A stretch of 64,000 bases of DNA from Candidatus Bipolaricaulota bacterium (GCA_021735245.1 JAIPHJ010000002.1:26017-90016), one strand, 5' to 3'. Positions 8,948-18,087 are shown, counted from the stretch's first letter. Notes: generated by a model from the letters alone, not told the origin. A program made the numbers and translations.

Positions 8948-9271
8948 ATGAACAAGGGCGAGTTTGTCGACGAGTTGTCGGAAAAGACCGGTTTCACGAA
9001 GAAGGATTCGAAGAAAGCACTGGATTCTATGTTGGAGATAATCACCGGAGCGCTGGAGGAAGGCGATTACGTGATGTTCACCGGCTTCGGTAAATTCGAA
9101 CCCCGGGCGAGGAAAGCGACCACCCGGTTGAATCCCCGAACCGGAGATGAAATAGAGGTTCCGGCAAAGGTAGTACCCAAGTTTAAAGCGGGGAAGACGT
9201 TAAAAGAGACGGTACAGGAGAATCTGGAAGCAGTAGAGACGGATGACGGGCTCGAAATAGAGAAGAAGTGA
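8948..9271 (+). CDS. hup: DNA-binding protein HU with a short acidic C-terminal extension
   Basis: MNKGEFVDELSEKTGFTKKDSKKALDSMLEIITGAL..FGKFEPRARKATTRLNPRTGDEIEVPAKVVPKFKAGK is canonical HU/IHF. GAGGTG SD lies before ATG 8948. Confidence 0.9.
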   Translation: MNKGEFVDELSEKTGFTKKDSKKALDSMLEIITGALEEGDYVMFTGFGKFEPRARKATTRLNPRTGDEIEVPAKVVPKFKAGKTLKETVQENLEAVETDDGLEIEKK

Positions 9272-9311
9272 CTCGATAATCTTCCGGTTTTACAGTCAAG
9301 GTGGTAGCTCC

Positions 9312-10235
9312 ATGGCGGGGGAGTCCAAGGGCAAATCAAAATTCTACATCATCGTGGTATCACTACTCGCAATCATCCTAGTAGCTGGCCTAGGGTTTGT
9401 CGGCTACCAGATCAAGTCTGCCCTCGATAGAGAAATATACGGTACCCCTAGAGGAGAAGTTGGAGAAAAAGATCCTTCTGATTTGGGCCTAGATTACGAG
9501 ACGATAGAGTTTACCAGCAGCAATACCACCGAGGATGACTTAACCATACATGGTTGGTTCATCGATGGAAGCTCTGATAACTGTATCATACTAGCCCCGG
9601 GTAAGGGCCAGAGCCGCTGGAAGCTTTTCGACTACATACCTTTTCTCCACGAGGCGGGATACGACCTACTGATGTTTGACCCTCAGGGTACGGGCAAAAG
9701 CGAGGGAAAGAAATGGGCGTTCGGCTACTTCGAGAGCCGGGATATAATTAACGGGGTTAAGTACTTAGAAGAGAACCATCAGGTAGAAAGTATTGGAATA
9801 CTGGGGAGATCTGCAGGAGCAACTGCAGGGATAATAGCAGCGTTGGAAAGCGAAAAAGTCGATGCCGTGGTCGCCGATAGCCCCTTCGCAAGCATCAAGC
9901 TCGCCTCCGAGAGTTACGGGGGGTATGAGAATAATCCCCTGTTCGACATTCTGTTTCCACTTTACGGTTTTGGGGCAAACTGGATGCTTGATACGGATAT
10001 AGTAGGGAAGACCGACCTCACCGAGAGGATCTCTAACCTCGAAACTCCCGTGTTCTTCATCCACGGTGATGATGACCAAGCTCTCTATCCGAAAAATTCC
10101 AAGGTGCTATACGAAAACAAACAGGGACAGAAGGAGCTATGGACGCCAGAAGGTATCGGTCATGTAGGTGGTTTCGAGGAGAGGCCTGAGGAGTACAAGA
10201 AAAAGGTTCTCAACTTTTTTGAACAGCAGCTGTAG
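9312..10235 (+). CDS. Membrane-anchored alpha/beta hydrolase (S9/BAAT-like)
   Basis: 307-aa ORF with an N-terminal TM. Nucleophile elbow GRSAGA, then ADSPF and GHVGG (Ser-Asp-His order). Confidence 0.8.
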   Translation: MAGESKGKSKFYIIVVSLLAIILVAGLGFVGYQIKSALDREIYGTPRGEVGEKDPSDLGLDYETIEFTSSNTTEDDLTIHGWFIDGSSDNCIILAPGKGQSRWKLFDYIPFLHEAGYDLLMFDPQGTGKSEGKKWAFGYFESRDIINGVKYLEENHQVESIGILGRSAGATAGIIAALESEKVDAVVADSPFASIKLASESYGGYENNPLFDILFPLYGFGANWMLDTDIVGKTDLTERISNLETPVFFIHGDDDQALYPKNSKVLYENKQGQKELWTPEGIGHVGGFEERPEEYKKKVLNFFEQQL

Positions 10236-10392
10236 TTTCTATCGTCACCTACCTTCGAAGGCAATGGTTGGGGACTCTTTTTTGTAGAGGGCAAGCTATC
10301 AAACTGGTAGTTCATTACATCATCAATTATAGGTCTCGATGAATTTAACTCATCCGGAACCAAACTACACGAAGCGGTTATTTATAGATCGT

Positions 10393-11025
10393 TTAAGGAC
10401 TTTCGTAAACTGAGGAGTCAGTAACCATCTCCACATAGTCCACTTCGTTATTACTTGTAATTGAGTCCGCTTCGAAGTCCCACTCTTCTCCCGGATCAAG
10501 AAAGGTAATTGCATCCATAGCAGTACCGACTCGTTCATCGTCAGCATTGAACAGTTTTCCTTCCACTATCGCAGCAGCAAGGGTTTCATTGCTTATGTTC
10601 TTAGCAGTGCCTGTGATAAGGATGTCACCGTCATCGTCTTCACCCCGTTGCCAGTCGAGGATTTCTACTCTCTTTTCATCATCTCCGGATGAGACCGAAA
10701 TGGTTTTTGTTGAGGAGTCTTAGGCTCCATCGTTGTCGGTAACGGTTAGTTCTACCGTAAAGTCGCCCGAGCTAGAGTATACATGATCAGTTTTCTCCCC
10801 TGAGCTGGTCTCACCGTCTCCGAAGTCCCAGCTGTAGCTAACAATGTTACCGTCCGGGTCCGCAGAATTAGTAGCGTCAAAGGACACCCCTAACGGTGCG
10901 TCTCCACTTGTAGGATCAGCGGTAAAGTTTGCATTAGGTGATTGGTTGAATAGACCACAACCGGATATGAAAAGCGCAAGTGAAATTATGAGCGTTAGTA
11001 GTAGAGCCAACTTACTTTTTCTCAT
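10393..11025 (-). pseudogene. PKD plus FxLYD-like lipoprotein gene interrupted by an in-frame TAA (10720-10722)
   Basis: Lipobox signal MRKSKLALLLTLIISLALFISGC and a PKD unit end at TDNDGA-TAA. The same frame continues DSSTKTISVSSGDDEKRVEILDWQ..GKLFNADDERVG..DPGEEWDFEA to TAA 10393-10395. Confidence 0.7.
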
Positions 11026-11174
11026 AATTCCGCCTCCTTGAGCACTCGGATTATAGAATAAACGAAAAATCTTGCCAACTTTGTCAGTGACGTCAAAAAC
11101 AAACCGCTATGTAAGATGCCAAACGATGGAACAGTTTATCGCTATTATTGCTAAGCTGCTCTGCCGGCACCGGA

Positions 11175-12016
11175 TCATCCCACCACTTCAACCTGATACG
11201 GGTGATAAAGGATTATCTCCGGCCCGTCATACTCCTGCAATTCCCCTGTAACCTCGATCGTCTTCCCGTTGTAGTCCCTTACCGGTTCTATACCTCTTCT
11301 TATGAAGTACTTCTTGTCGTCGCTAAATATAACGGCAGTGAAGTCGGTCTCATAATCATTACTCGAGTTTAAGAAGATGATATCCCCGGAGTCGTAAGTG
11401 CCTATTACTCTATACCGAACCGTAACTACCTCGCCCAAGTATTCATCCATCTTCTCCTCGATCTCCTTGGCCGATAAGACCGGAGGCCCCTCACAGTAAG
11501 CCTGCCACAGACCCCGGCAGTTTTCCCTCGCTTCCCTTTCGAGTTCGAGGAAGTAATCGGCGTACTTTACGTTCGGAGGTAGGGTGTAAACACGGGCATA
11601 GCCTTCTCGTAGTAGCTCTGCGTTGATGTTGATCCATTCGCCGTCCTGTTTTACGTATACATAAGCCAGATGGCGGTTATACTGATCTTTCTTCTGGACA
11701 TCGTACTCCAGCTTAACCTTCTTACCTTCGACCAACTGCTGGTTGAACTTGGAGGCTTTAACGCCGAAGTATTCTACTGGCTTTTCCGGATGGTGGGTTT
11801 CTGGCGTATCAAGGTTAAGATAGCGAACTTCCATTCCATTGGCAATTATACTGTATCGCCGTCGTAGACTTCGATTACGGTTGAGGTGGCGGTTGCTTTG
11901 GTGTGGTTGGGCTTGTCAGCTGCTATGGCAACGGTCGTTAGTGATAAACCAAAGACAGCTGCAAGGAGGAGACAGACTATGGATTTGAGACTTTGTGATA
12001 TGTGAATAACGCACAT
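11175..12016 (-). pseudogene. Secreted thermonuclease (SNase-like) split by a 1-nt frameshift near 11846
   Basis: A 56-codon signal-peptide fragment (ATG 12016) ends VIEVYDGDTV-TAA (11846-11848). The -1 frame continues IIANGMEVRYLNLDTPE...REGYARVY, the canonical SNase DGDT/DTPE order. Confidence 0.75.
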
Positions 12017-12097
12017 ATCTGATCACCACTTAGAGTATGTGAAGGAGTAGTTATATCAGAATTATATGTAGCTATCGTTATAATGAATAATTATTAC

Positions 12098-12826
12098 TCA
12101 ATCTGCCAAGTATCCCTCAGCCTTTTCCATTGCTTTCTCGTGGTTGTCTTGGGCGATACTGTGTAATTCTTCCGTTAGTTCATCCACATCAGTATCTTCT
12201 TTTAAGTTGAGTCCATTAAGCGAGCGTTTGATGTTTTTATAGATGATCTTTAGTTCACCATCATCGAACTCTCTTTTATCCCAAGCGGCAATTAAGGAAA
12301 ACCTGAGTGAGTCTTCATAGGCGTCTTCTTTTCGACGCATTTTTGCCATTTTCAACCTCACTCGATGGCTGCTCAAACCTTCCTTGTTAAGCTCCATGCA
12401 GGCTTTGTTGAAATAACTCCATGCCTTGTCATTTTCGCCTTCCTTTAGGGCATCTTCGCCTAACTTCCGCAACTTTCTACCCTTCTTCTTTTGAACGATT
12501 TTTAGCTGCCTGTAGTACCAAGGCGGTGGATCATGACCTTCTATGGATGCCTGTTTCTCCGCCGCTTTGATAAGTTCCCTTAACAACTTCTCGGCCTCGT
12601 CGTACTTCTCTTCCCTTTTTAGCTGTTTTACCTCTTCAACGTACTGGGTGAAGTGCTTTCCTTTGTAGCTTCCTGCCTTTTCGGCTCGCTCCCTCCGTTT
12701 TTTATACTCTTCAACGTCGATTTTTTCACCTGTGCTGGAACCGGTTTGATCAACTTCTATTTTTTTTCTGCGGCTCCTACTACCACCGAAGATACTTGAC
12801 AGAAGTTCTATAAAAAATTCCCACAT
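12098..12826 (-). CDS. Hypothetical Lys/Glu-rich helical protein
   Basis: 242-aa ORF with no recognisable motif. Co-oriented with, and 37 nt downstream of, 12863-13996. Confidence 0.5.
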   Translation of the reverse strand: MWEFFIELLSSIFGGSRSRRKKIEVDQTGSSTGEKIDVEEYKKRRERAEKAGSYKGKHFTQYVEEVKQLKREEKYDEAEKLLRELIKAAEKQASIEGHDPPPWYYRQLKIVQKKKGRKLRKLGEDALKEGENDKAWSYFNKACMELNKEGLSSHRVRLKMAKMRRKEDAYEDSLRFSLIAAWDKREFDDGELKIIYKNIKRSLNGLNLKEDTDVDELTEELHSIAQDNHEKAMEKAEGYLAD

Positions 12827-12862
12827 GAGCTATCACCCCATTAGCCCGATGCCTGCTTTATG

Positions 12863-13996
12863 CTACTCGCTCCAGAGTTTGTCCATGTATTCACTGGTGT
12901 TTGTGTCACCAACAACAATATTTTCCATGGCTTTCTTCTTTCTCGTTAAGTAGTACTGGGCATCATCATATATCCAATCATATAGGAGCTGTACTTGGTC
13001 TCTGCCTACTATGTATAGATCGTAGGTCTCCTTTCCTCCGAATGCTTTATCGCTCACGAATTTTTTACGTACATCGATACGTTCTACACCGCAACCTTCA
13101 ACAATGATGTCTTTTAGGTCGTTCAGCACACCATACTTTCCTGTAATTATGACGTTGTAATGACCATTTTCCTTGCCCCTTCCCACGTGGCCATCACCAT
13201 CAATAACACCCCGGACGAAGTGGTTTACAGTTGGACTATCTTTTATCATAGAAGATACTTCATTCCAGTCTTTAGATCGTCTTGGTACGTACTGCTCTAT
13301 ACCTTTTATTATGTCTATTTGACAGGTAGAGTATCGATACAATGGTCTCTGTCCTGTTCTGTAATCAATATGTAGGTCTTTATCTGACTTCAGACAACTC
13401 CTAAAGTTTTCCGCCAATTCTCTATCGGTAACTCGAAATTCAAGTTCGTTGTCTTCGACATGTATTGTGCCATCTGTCGCAAATAAGCCTAATGCGTAGG
13501 CAGATCTTTCACTTTCTAAGTCATCGAAAGTATTTATATCAATGCTGTAATAATCTGAAGTCCCGGTGCCTCCATGAATTACTTCATGTTTGCGCAAACT
13601 ATCTGTACCATAATGACCCTCTAAACCTACCTCATTTGCCCACCTTTTAACTAACTTCCAAACCCAGCTACGATTTATATTTTGATCATGAGTGGTACTC
13701 GTAAACAACCAGTCAGATTGCCTTGCATCTACTTTATTGAAATACCATTGAAGTGCTTTATTTGATCTGTCATCAATCGGTATAGTGTCGGCCCACCCTT
13801 CCTTGAATATCCCGGATTTGACTTCTCCATTATCTTTCCGCACATCCTTGACTTTCAACTCTAGGAGGTGGCTTATCCTTCGAGGTAAGTTGTAACCGAG
13901 TACTACCATTAGGTAATTTCGGGGTATCTCGTTTTCTCGTACGTACGACTTGATTTTTTCGTACTCTTCTTCGGTGAATTTATCGACCCGTTCCAT
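12863..13996 (-). CDS. Degenerate tyrosine-recombinase N-terminal part fused to a double-motif LAGLIDADG endonuclease domain
   Basis: Residues 1-140 parallel the 191-aa recombinase at 16451-17026 (LELKVKDVRKDNGE vs LSLKVKDVRKENGE; GLEGHYGTDSLRK vs GLEGQYATHSLRK). Then come ALGLFATDGTI and FVRGVIDGDGHV. No C-terminal catalytic Tyr region. Confidence 0.75.
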   Translation of the reverse strand: MERVDKFTEEEYEKIKSYVRENEIPRNYLMVVLGYNLPRRISHLLELKVKDVRKDNGEVKSGIFKEGWADTIPIDDRSNKALQWYFNKVDARQSDWLFTSTTHDQNINRSWVWKLVKRWANEVGLEGHYGTDSLRKHEVIHGGTGTSDYYSIDINTFDDLESERSAYALGLFATDGTIHVEDNELEFRVTDRELAENFRSCLKSDKDLHIDYRTGQRPLYRYSTCQIDIIKGIEQYVPRRSKDWNEVSSMIKDSPTVNHFVRGVIDGDGHVGRGKENGHYNVIITGKYGVLNDLKDIIVEGCGVERIDVRKKFVSDKAFGGKETYDLYIVGRDQVQLLYDWIYDDAQYYLTRKKKAMENIVVGDTNTSEYMDKLWSE

Positions 13997-14093
13997 AACA
14001 TGCCTCCGTTCTTTCTAAGATGCCGGAATGGCCGTTCATTCTACATATTATTTATCCATAATCTGAATTATTTTACAACCAGTCTTGAGGAGT

Positions 14094-14342
14094 TTATTCC
14101 GGAGAACATGTGACCTCGGTTCCATCCCCCGAATAGCTACAACTAGCTATTGTTTCACCATTTCCCTGCAGATAACCAACATCTCCGCTGTTATTCCAGA
14201 TAGCGCTGCCAGAATCCCAGTATAACTCATAGTCGGCATCTTGGCCGCAACCAGTGTCTTTATTGGGCTTGTCCTCCGAACCAGTATAAACTCTCACCTT
14301 TTCACCGTCTTTCAACTCGAAGTCATCGGGAAAGATCAACAA
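14094..14342 (-). CDS. Lamin-tail-domain-like C-terminal half; probably a 5'-truncated remnant
   Basis: FPDDFELKDGEKVRVYTGS...LYWDSGSAIWNNSGDVGYLQ matches the second half of the LTD pattern. The frame is closed by TAA just upstream, and only a TTG start is available. Confidence 0.35.
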   Translation of the reverse strand: MLIFPDDFELKDGEKVRVYTGSEDKPNKDTGCGQDADYELYWDSGSAIWNNSGDVGYLQGNGETIASCSYSGDGTEVTCSPE

Positions 14343-14445
14343 AAAATCGGGACGACTAAACGGTTATTTGTCACGGTTCTACATCTTCAAAAGACTGCTC
14401 TTAGGGGATGAGTTATTTGAAGAGATCAGTCTGTTCGTTACTACA

Positions 14446-14829
14446 CTACGAACAGCTAGCCTCTACTGAAGCATGGTCGACTTCTTCATGATCGGCGTAA
14501 GCAACTATCTCAAACTTTGCTGTCTCCCCTGAGTCGAGTTCAGAAAAGCTTTCGGAGCCAGTATCTAGGAGAATATCTTCTTTGTCATAAAACTTGGCTT
14601 GTACATCACAAAAATCTAAATCTCCCATATCACCGCCCACATTTGTTACCGTCCCCTTCACTCCCTTCCGGATGATTGTTTTGGTGATTTCATCGTGATA
14701 ACCTTCGACCAGTTCCCAATTCTCGATTTTAAGCTCAGGGGGGTTAAACAAAGAACATCCTGTGAGGACAAGAATGCATGTAAACACGAAGGTAGTAAAT
14801 ACGAGGACCTTAAGTCTTTTGATCTTCAT
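14446..14829 (-). CDS. Lipoprotein with an FxLYD-like domain
   Basis: Signal and lipobox VLTGC. GTVTNVGG...VQAKFYDKEDILLD...LDSGETAKFEI resembles the FxLYD pattern and the distal half of 10393-11025. Confidence 0.6.
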   Translation of the reverse strand: MKIKRLKVLVFTTFVFTCILVLTGCSLFNPPELKIENWELVEGYHDEITKTIIRKGVKGTVTNVGGDMGDLDFCDVQAKFYDKEDILLDTGSESFSELDSGETAKFEIVAYADHEEVDHASVEASCS

Positions 14830-14853
14830 CTTATTGCGATTGGAAAAATTATC

Positions 14854-15348
14854 TCACCTGATCTGCCGAACCTCTTCTCGCAACCCGGAGAAGAATTTTT
14901 CATAACTTTCCCTTCCATAGTAAGTAGCGGATTGGGAACTCCAGTGAAACATCTGCCGACCCTCCGCTATTAATTTGACGGTAACTCTGTTCTGGCCACC
15001 GGAAATTGGGTTCACTGTTATGGTAGCCTTAAATCTCTTTTCTCCCGTTAGAGCTTCCATAAGCATTCCGGTTGCAATCCCATGTAGCTGTTCAGAAGAG
15101 GCATAATCGGTGGAAACAAATCCAGCGTTTTCATTTATCGTAGCAATCGGATAGCCTTGATTTTGTAGATATTGCACACTCGCTTGGATAATCTTTTGTT
15201 TACTTGCTGAAAAGGTTTCTGTCTGCCAAGCTCGCCTCTCAGCTTTACTGGGAGATACTGCTGATATAGCCCCAAAAATTAATCCCACTACCAGTACCGC
15301 TCCGATGATTGCAGTAATCTCATCCATATTTATCTCCCCACCTTTCAA
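14854..15348 (-). CDS. Membrane-anchored hypothetical protein
   Basis: 164-aa ORF with an N-terminal TM (ITAIIGAVLVVGLIFGAISAV). No motif recognised. Confidence 0.5.
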   Translation of the reverse strand: MKGGEINMDEITAIIGAVLVVGLIFGAISAVSPSKAERRAWQTETFSASKQKIIQASVQYLQNQGYPIATINENAGFVSTDYASSEQLHGIATGMLMEALTGEKRFKATITVNPISGGQNRVTVKLIAEGRQMFHWSSQSATYYGRESYEKFFSGLREEVRQIR

Positions 15349-15489
15349 TTTGCATTATACGTATATCAGATAATATGACAAACTCTGGTGACCTATTTGA
15401 TTTTCTCTAAATAAGTGCCGACCCTCTTGGATCAGTTCCCAAAATTGAAGTAGTTGATTTGAAGAGTTAAGAGATAGAGGTAGGTTAGC

Positions 15490-16162
15490 TCAGAAAAGGA
15501 CGTGCCACGACCAGCCCAACAATAGAAGTACGCTGAGTGGCTTTGCCAGATCGGCCAGTTGAAATCTGGGTTCGTGCTGGCCTTGGTAAGTAACGAAGCT
15601 AGAGACTTTCCAGACCGTTTCCGAATCAGTCTTTTGTCCTTCGTCTTTAGTGCCCGTGACCTTGAATTCGTGCTCGCTAAAGGTCGACCTGACGACGTCT
15701 TCGATATTGTCCAAGAACATATCTTCGCAGTTCAGATTGAAGACGGTCGAGTTGAACCCTCGTATTTCTTTCTGCCTATTACTGACAGCCTGCAAACCGA
15801 CAAATACATCTTCTTTGCCAGTGTAGTCAGTACTATAAAGTGTATAGTACTCTCCCTCGACCAGCCTGTCAGTTGAGCTAATATGAACCTCTTCGTCCGG
15901 ACTCTGGTTTGTTTTCTTTTGCGGAACTACTTCGACTCGGTGATATGTCTTCTCGTCTCCTGACCCCGGTTAAGATAACGAAGGACCAGTCTTTTTCTGG
16001 ATTCTCGTCCTTAATTCTTTCAGCCATGATTGATACTTCCAGAGAGCAGTTTCGCTGACTATCATCGGCCAAGGTTATAGGGGAGGTCAATAACAGGATA
16101 AAAACTATCAATGGAACAAGTACTCGTCTAGCGGTGGCTGCCTTTATGTTTATCTGGTTCAT
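15490..16162 (-). pseudogene. Hypothetical exported protein split by a frameshift in a C4/G4 run (15964-15967)
   Basis: The 94-aa ORF (signal peptide) turns low-complexity after ..DWSFVILTG. The other frame is open from 15969 with no start codon and reads SGDEKTYHRVEVVPQKK..., joining ORF 15490-15795. Confidence 0.55.
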
Positions 16163-16222
16163 AATAGGTGTAGTACGATTTTCCGCACTCTGGTGGTTTA
16201 GACCTCCCTCAATTTATTTACG

Positions 16223-16254
16223 AAAAAAAAGGACCCAGCGACACCACTGGGTCC
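16223..16254 (-). terminator. Rho-independent terminator
   Basis: GGACCCAG (16231-16238) pairs with CTGGGTCC (16247-16254), 8-nt loop, followed on the minus strand by T8 (16223-16230). Confidence 0.75.
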
Positions 16255-16301
16255 CTTCTTATCTTCTCCCATTATATAAGCTCCGCCTGTAAAGTTTAAA
16301 A

Positions 16302-16439
16302 TTACCCGAGAATCGATTCGATGATCTTACCCATTACGGCAACTCCGGATCCGAATACCATCACCATTAGGGGTATAATGACCAGTACACCGAGACCGAT
16401 TCCTATAATACCACCGAGCAATTTAGCGAGAATATCCAT
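16302..16439 (-). CDS. Unannotated 45-aa hydrophobic micro-protein
   Basis: AGGAGG sits 4 nt before ATG 16439. Product MDILAKLLGGIIGIGLGVLVIIPLMVMVFGSGVAVMGKIIESILG; TAA 16302-16304; terminator 50 nt downstream. Confidence 0.45.
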   Translation of the reverse strand: MDILAKLLGGIIGIGLGVLVIIPLMVMVFGSGVAVMGKIIESILG

Positions 16440-16450
16440 GATGACCTCCT

Positions 16451-17026
16451 TTATAAATTCAATTCGTCAACGGCATCGTCCACGTCATCGTACGTGAGCC
16501 CACAGTAATCGAGAGTTTGCCGCCGGGAACTATGATTAAATTTGGACTGCAAGATATACGGATCAACACCCTGCCTGATAGCATGGTATCCAAACGTCTT
16601 GCGTAACGAGTGAGTGGCGTATTGACCTTCTAAACCCAACCTGTCGGTTAGATCCTTAATAATTTGGTCGCACCTCTGGCGGCTTATCTGGCCTGCATAC
16701 GTGGTGAAGAGGTAGTCTTCCTGCTCTTTTGATGGGTTGTCTTCGAAGAACAGGTCCATCGCCTCCCTTATAGCATCGTTAATCTTGTGCCGGTTATTCT
16801 TCCCCGTCTTCTGTTCCCTGAGTCGGATATGTGTCCGGTATTCGCCGTTCTCCTTTCTAACGTCCTTGACCTTTAAGCTCAGTATGTCACCTATCCTGAG
16901 AGCCGAGTTGAGACCTATCGTTATCCAGAGTAAGTCTCTGAATCTATTGTTCGCTTTCAAGATACTTTTCATATCGTCGATCTTCTTTCTATCACGAATT
17001 GGATCTACTTCGTTCATAAGATACAC
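16451..17026 (-). CDS. Small tyrosine recombinase (catalytic domain only)
   Basis: 191-aa ORF with ALRIGD (Arg I), HSLRKT (HxxR), NHSS and a C-terminal Tyr region (TLDYCGLTY). Confidence 0.8.
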   Translation of the reverse strand: MYLMNEVDPIRDRKKIDDMKSILKANNRFRDLLWITIGLNSALRIGDILSLKVKDVRKENGEYRTHIRLREQKTGKNNRHKINDAIREAMDLFFEDNPSKEQEDYLFTTYAGQISRQRCDQIIKDLTDRLGLEGQYATHSLRKTFGYHAIRQGVDPYILQSKFNHSSRRQTLDYCGLTYDDVDDAVDELNL

Positions 17027-17086
17027 CTCGTTTATTCAAACCTGATGCACCGGAGGTTACTACCGGCAGCTTACCGGGAACCTCTT

Positions 17087-17114
17087 AATCGCTCGATAAA
17101 TCGATCTCAGTACC
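17087..17114 (-). repeat. Island repeat block C, inverted copy
   Basis: The reverse complement GGTACTGAGATCGATTTATCGAGCGATT shares the 13-mer GAGATCGATTTAT with 348-360. Confidence 0.5.
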
Positions 17115-17158
17115 GGTTAAGGCACCGATATAATTTACACGGCCAAATCAAATTAGTT

Positions 17159-17189
17159 CCACGGGAGACGCAGCAGACGTCCCCCGTGG
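17159..17189 (-). terminator. Hairpin downstream of the 18087-17197 operon (possible terminator)
   Basis: CCACGGGAGACG pairs with CGTCCCCCGTGG (one mismatch), 7-nt loop. Only a weak T-rich tail on the minus strand. Confidence 0.4.
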
Positions 17190-17196
17190 TTTCTCA

Positions 17197-17517
17197 TTAA
17201 CTTCGTGCGAACCTGCTGTCGTATTTCTCCCCCAGTGACACTTCAGCTTTCGGGTACTGCTGGATCTCCTCTTCGAGGGTCTCGCCATTCAGGTTCTCCT
17301 CAACATATATGTCCCCTTCAACGTCCTTTAAAAGTATTTCTTTATCCGGGTTGTACAGCAGGTACCTCACGTTTGGAGTCCACGCAAGCCACTGGAAGCC
17401 TTGCTCTTCCTGTAATCTGATTAGACCCCTCTTGTTTTCGGTCCGGTAAACCGAGTACAGGTTCTCATACTCCTGCAGACACTTCGGAAGGTCCTCTGGA
17501 CGCTTTGTTCGTTTCAT
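17197..17517 (-). CDS. Hypothetical protein
   Basis: 106-aa ORF. Its ATG overlaps the preceding stop (TAAATG at 17515-17520). Confidence 0.55.
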   Translation of the reverse strand: MKRTKRPEDLPKCLQEYENLYSVYRTENKRGLIRLQEEQGFQWLAWTPNVRYLLYNPDKEILLKDVEGDIYVEENLNGETLEEEIQQYPKAEVSLGEKYDSRFARS

Positions 17518-17766
17518 TTAGACCGCCTCCCGTTGCATACTTTCGATCTCTTCCAGAGCAACCAGCAGCTCTGGGTCCAGATCCAGTGGCTGCGTTGTGG
17601 CCACTCTGTTGCCCCGAGTGTCGAGGAAGAATATGAAGTCATCCGTTATCCCCACATGGTGGAACTAGATGGAAACTGAACCCGTTCTGAAACTCTGGTT
17701 TGTTAAGTCCTCCCGCCAGAAAAGGAAGTGGTCTTCGTCTTCGTAGGTTACCTTCTCCGGATTCAT
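17518..17766 (-). pseudogene. 82-codon ORF interrupted by an in-frame TAG (17665-17667)
   Basis: ATG 17766 directly follows the stop of 17767-18087. Reads MNPEKVTYEDEDHFLFWREDLTNQSFRTGSVSI-TAG-FHHVGITDDFIFFLDTRGNRV...MQREAV-TAA, one frame throughout. Confidence 0.5.
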
Positions 17767-18087
17767 CTAGGCCACCTCCGAGAACTCGAAAGATAATTCT
17801 AGGTTATCTAGTCCCAGCGGAGTGTGACTGGATCTGTACCCCGTCAGTTGGAATGTACCCTTTAACTCGGTAAAATCATCATTGATGTATCCACAGACGT
17901 GAGCTCGGCCTTGAGCAACGGTCTGAGGGGACTTCCGCTCTTGGTCGAGTTTCACGTCTGCTCTATGAACCTCAAACCTAGGGAACTTTCGTTCCACCGC
18001 TTCTCTGACCATCAATTCAATTCGATCTGGTTCGACTGTGGCAACTCCGGCAATTTCTGAGGTCGAATTCTGCACCGATTCAGTCAT
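17767..18087 (-). CDS. Hypothetical protein, first gene of a three-gene operon
   Basis: 106-aa ORF with GGAGG SD and a canonical promoter about 35 nt upstream. Confidence 0.55.
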   Translation of the reverse strand: MTESVQNSTSEIAGVATVEPDRIELMVREAVERKFPRFEVHRADVKLDQERKSPQTVAQGRAHVCGYINDDFTELKGTFQLTGYRSSHTPLGLDNLELSFEFSEVA

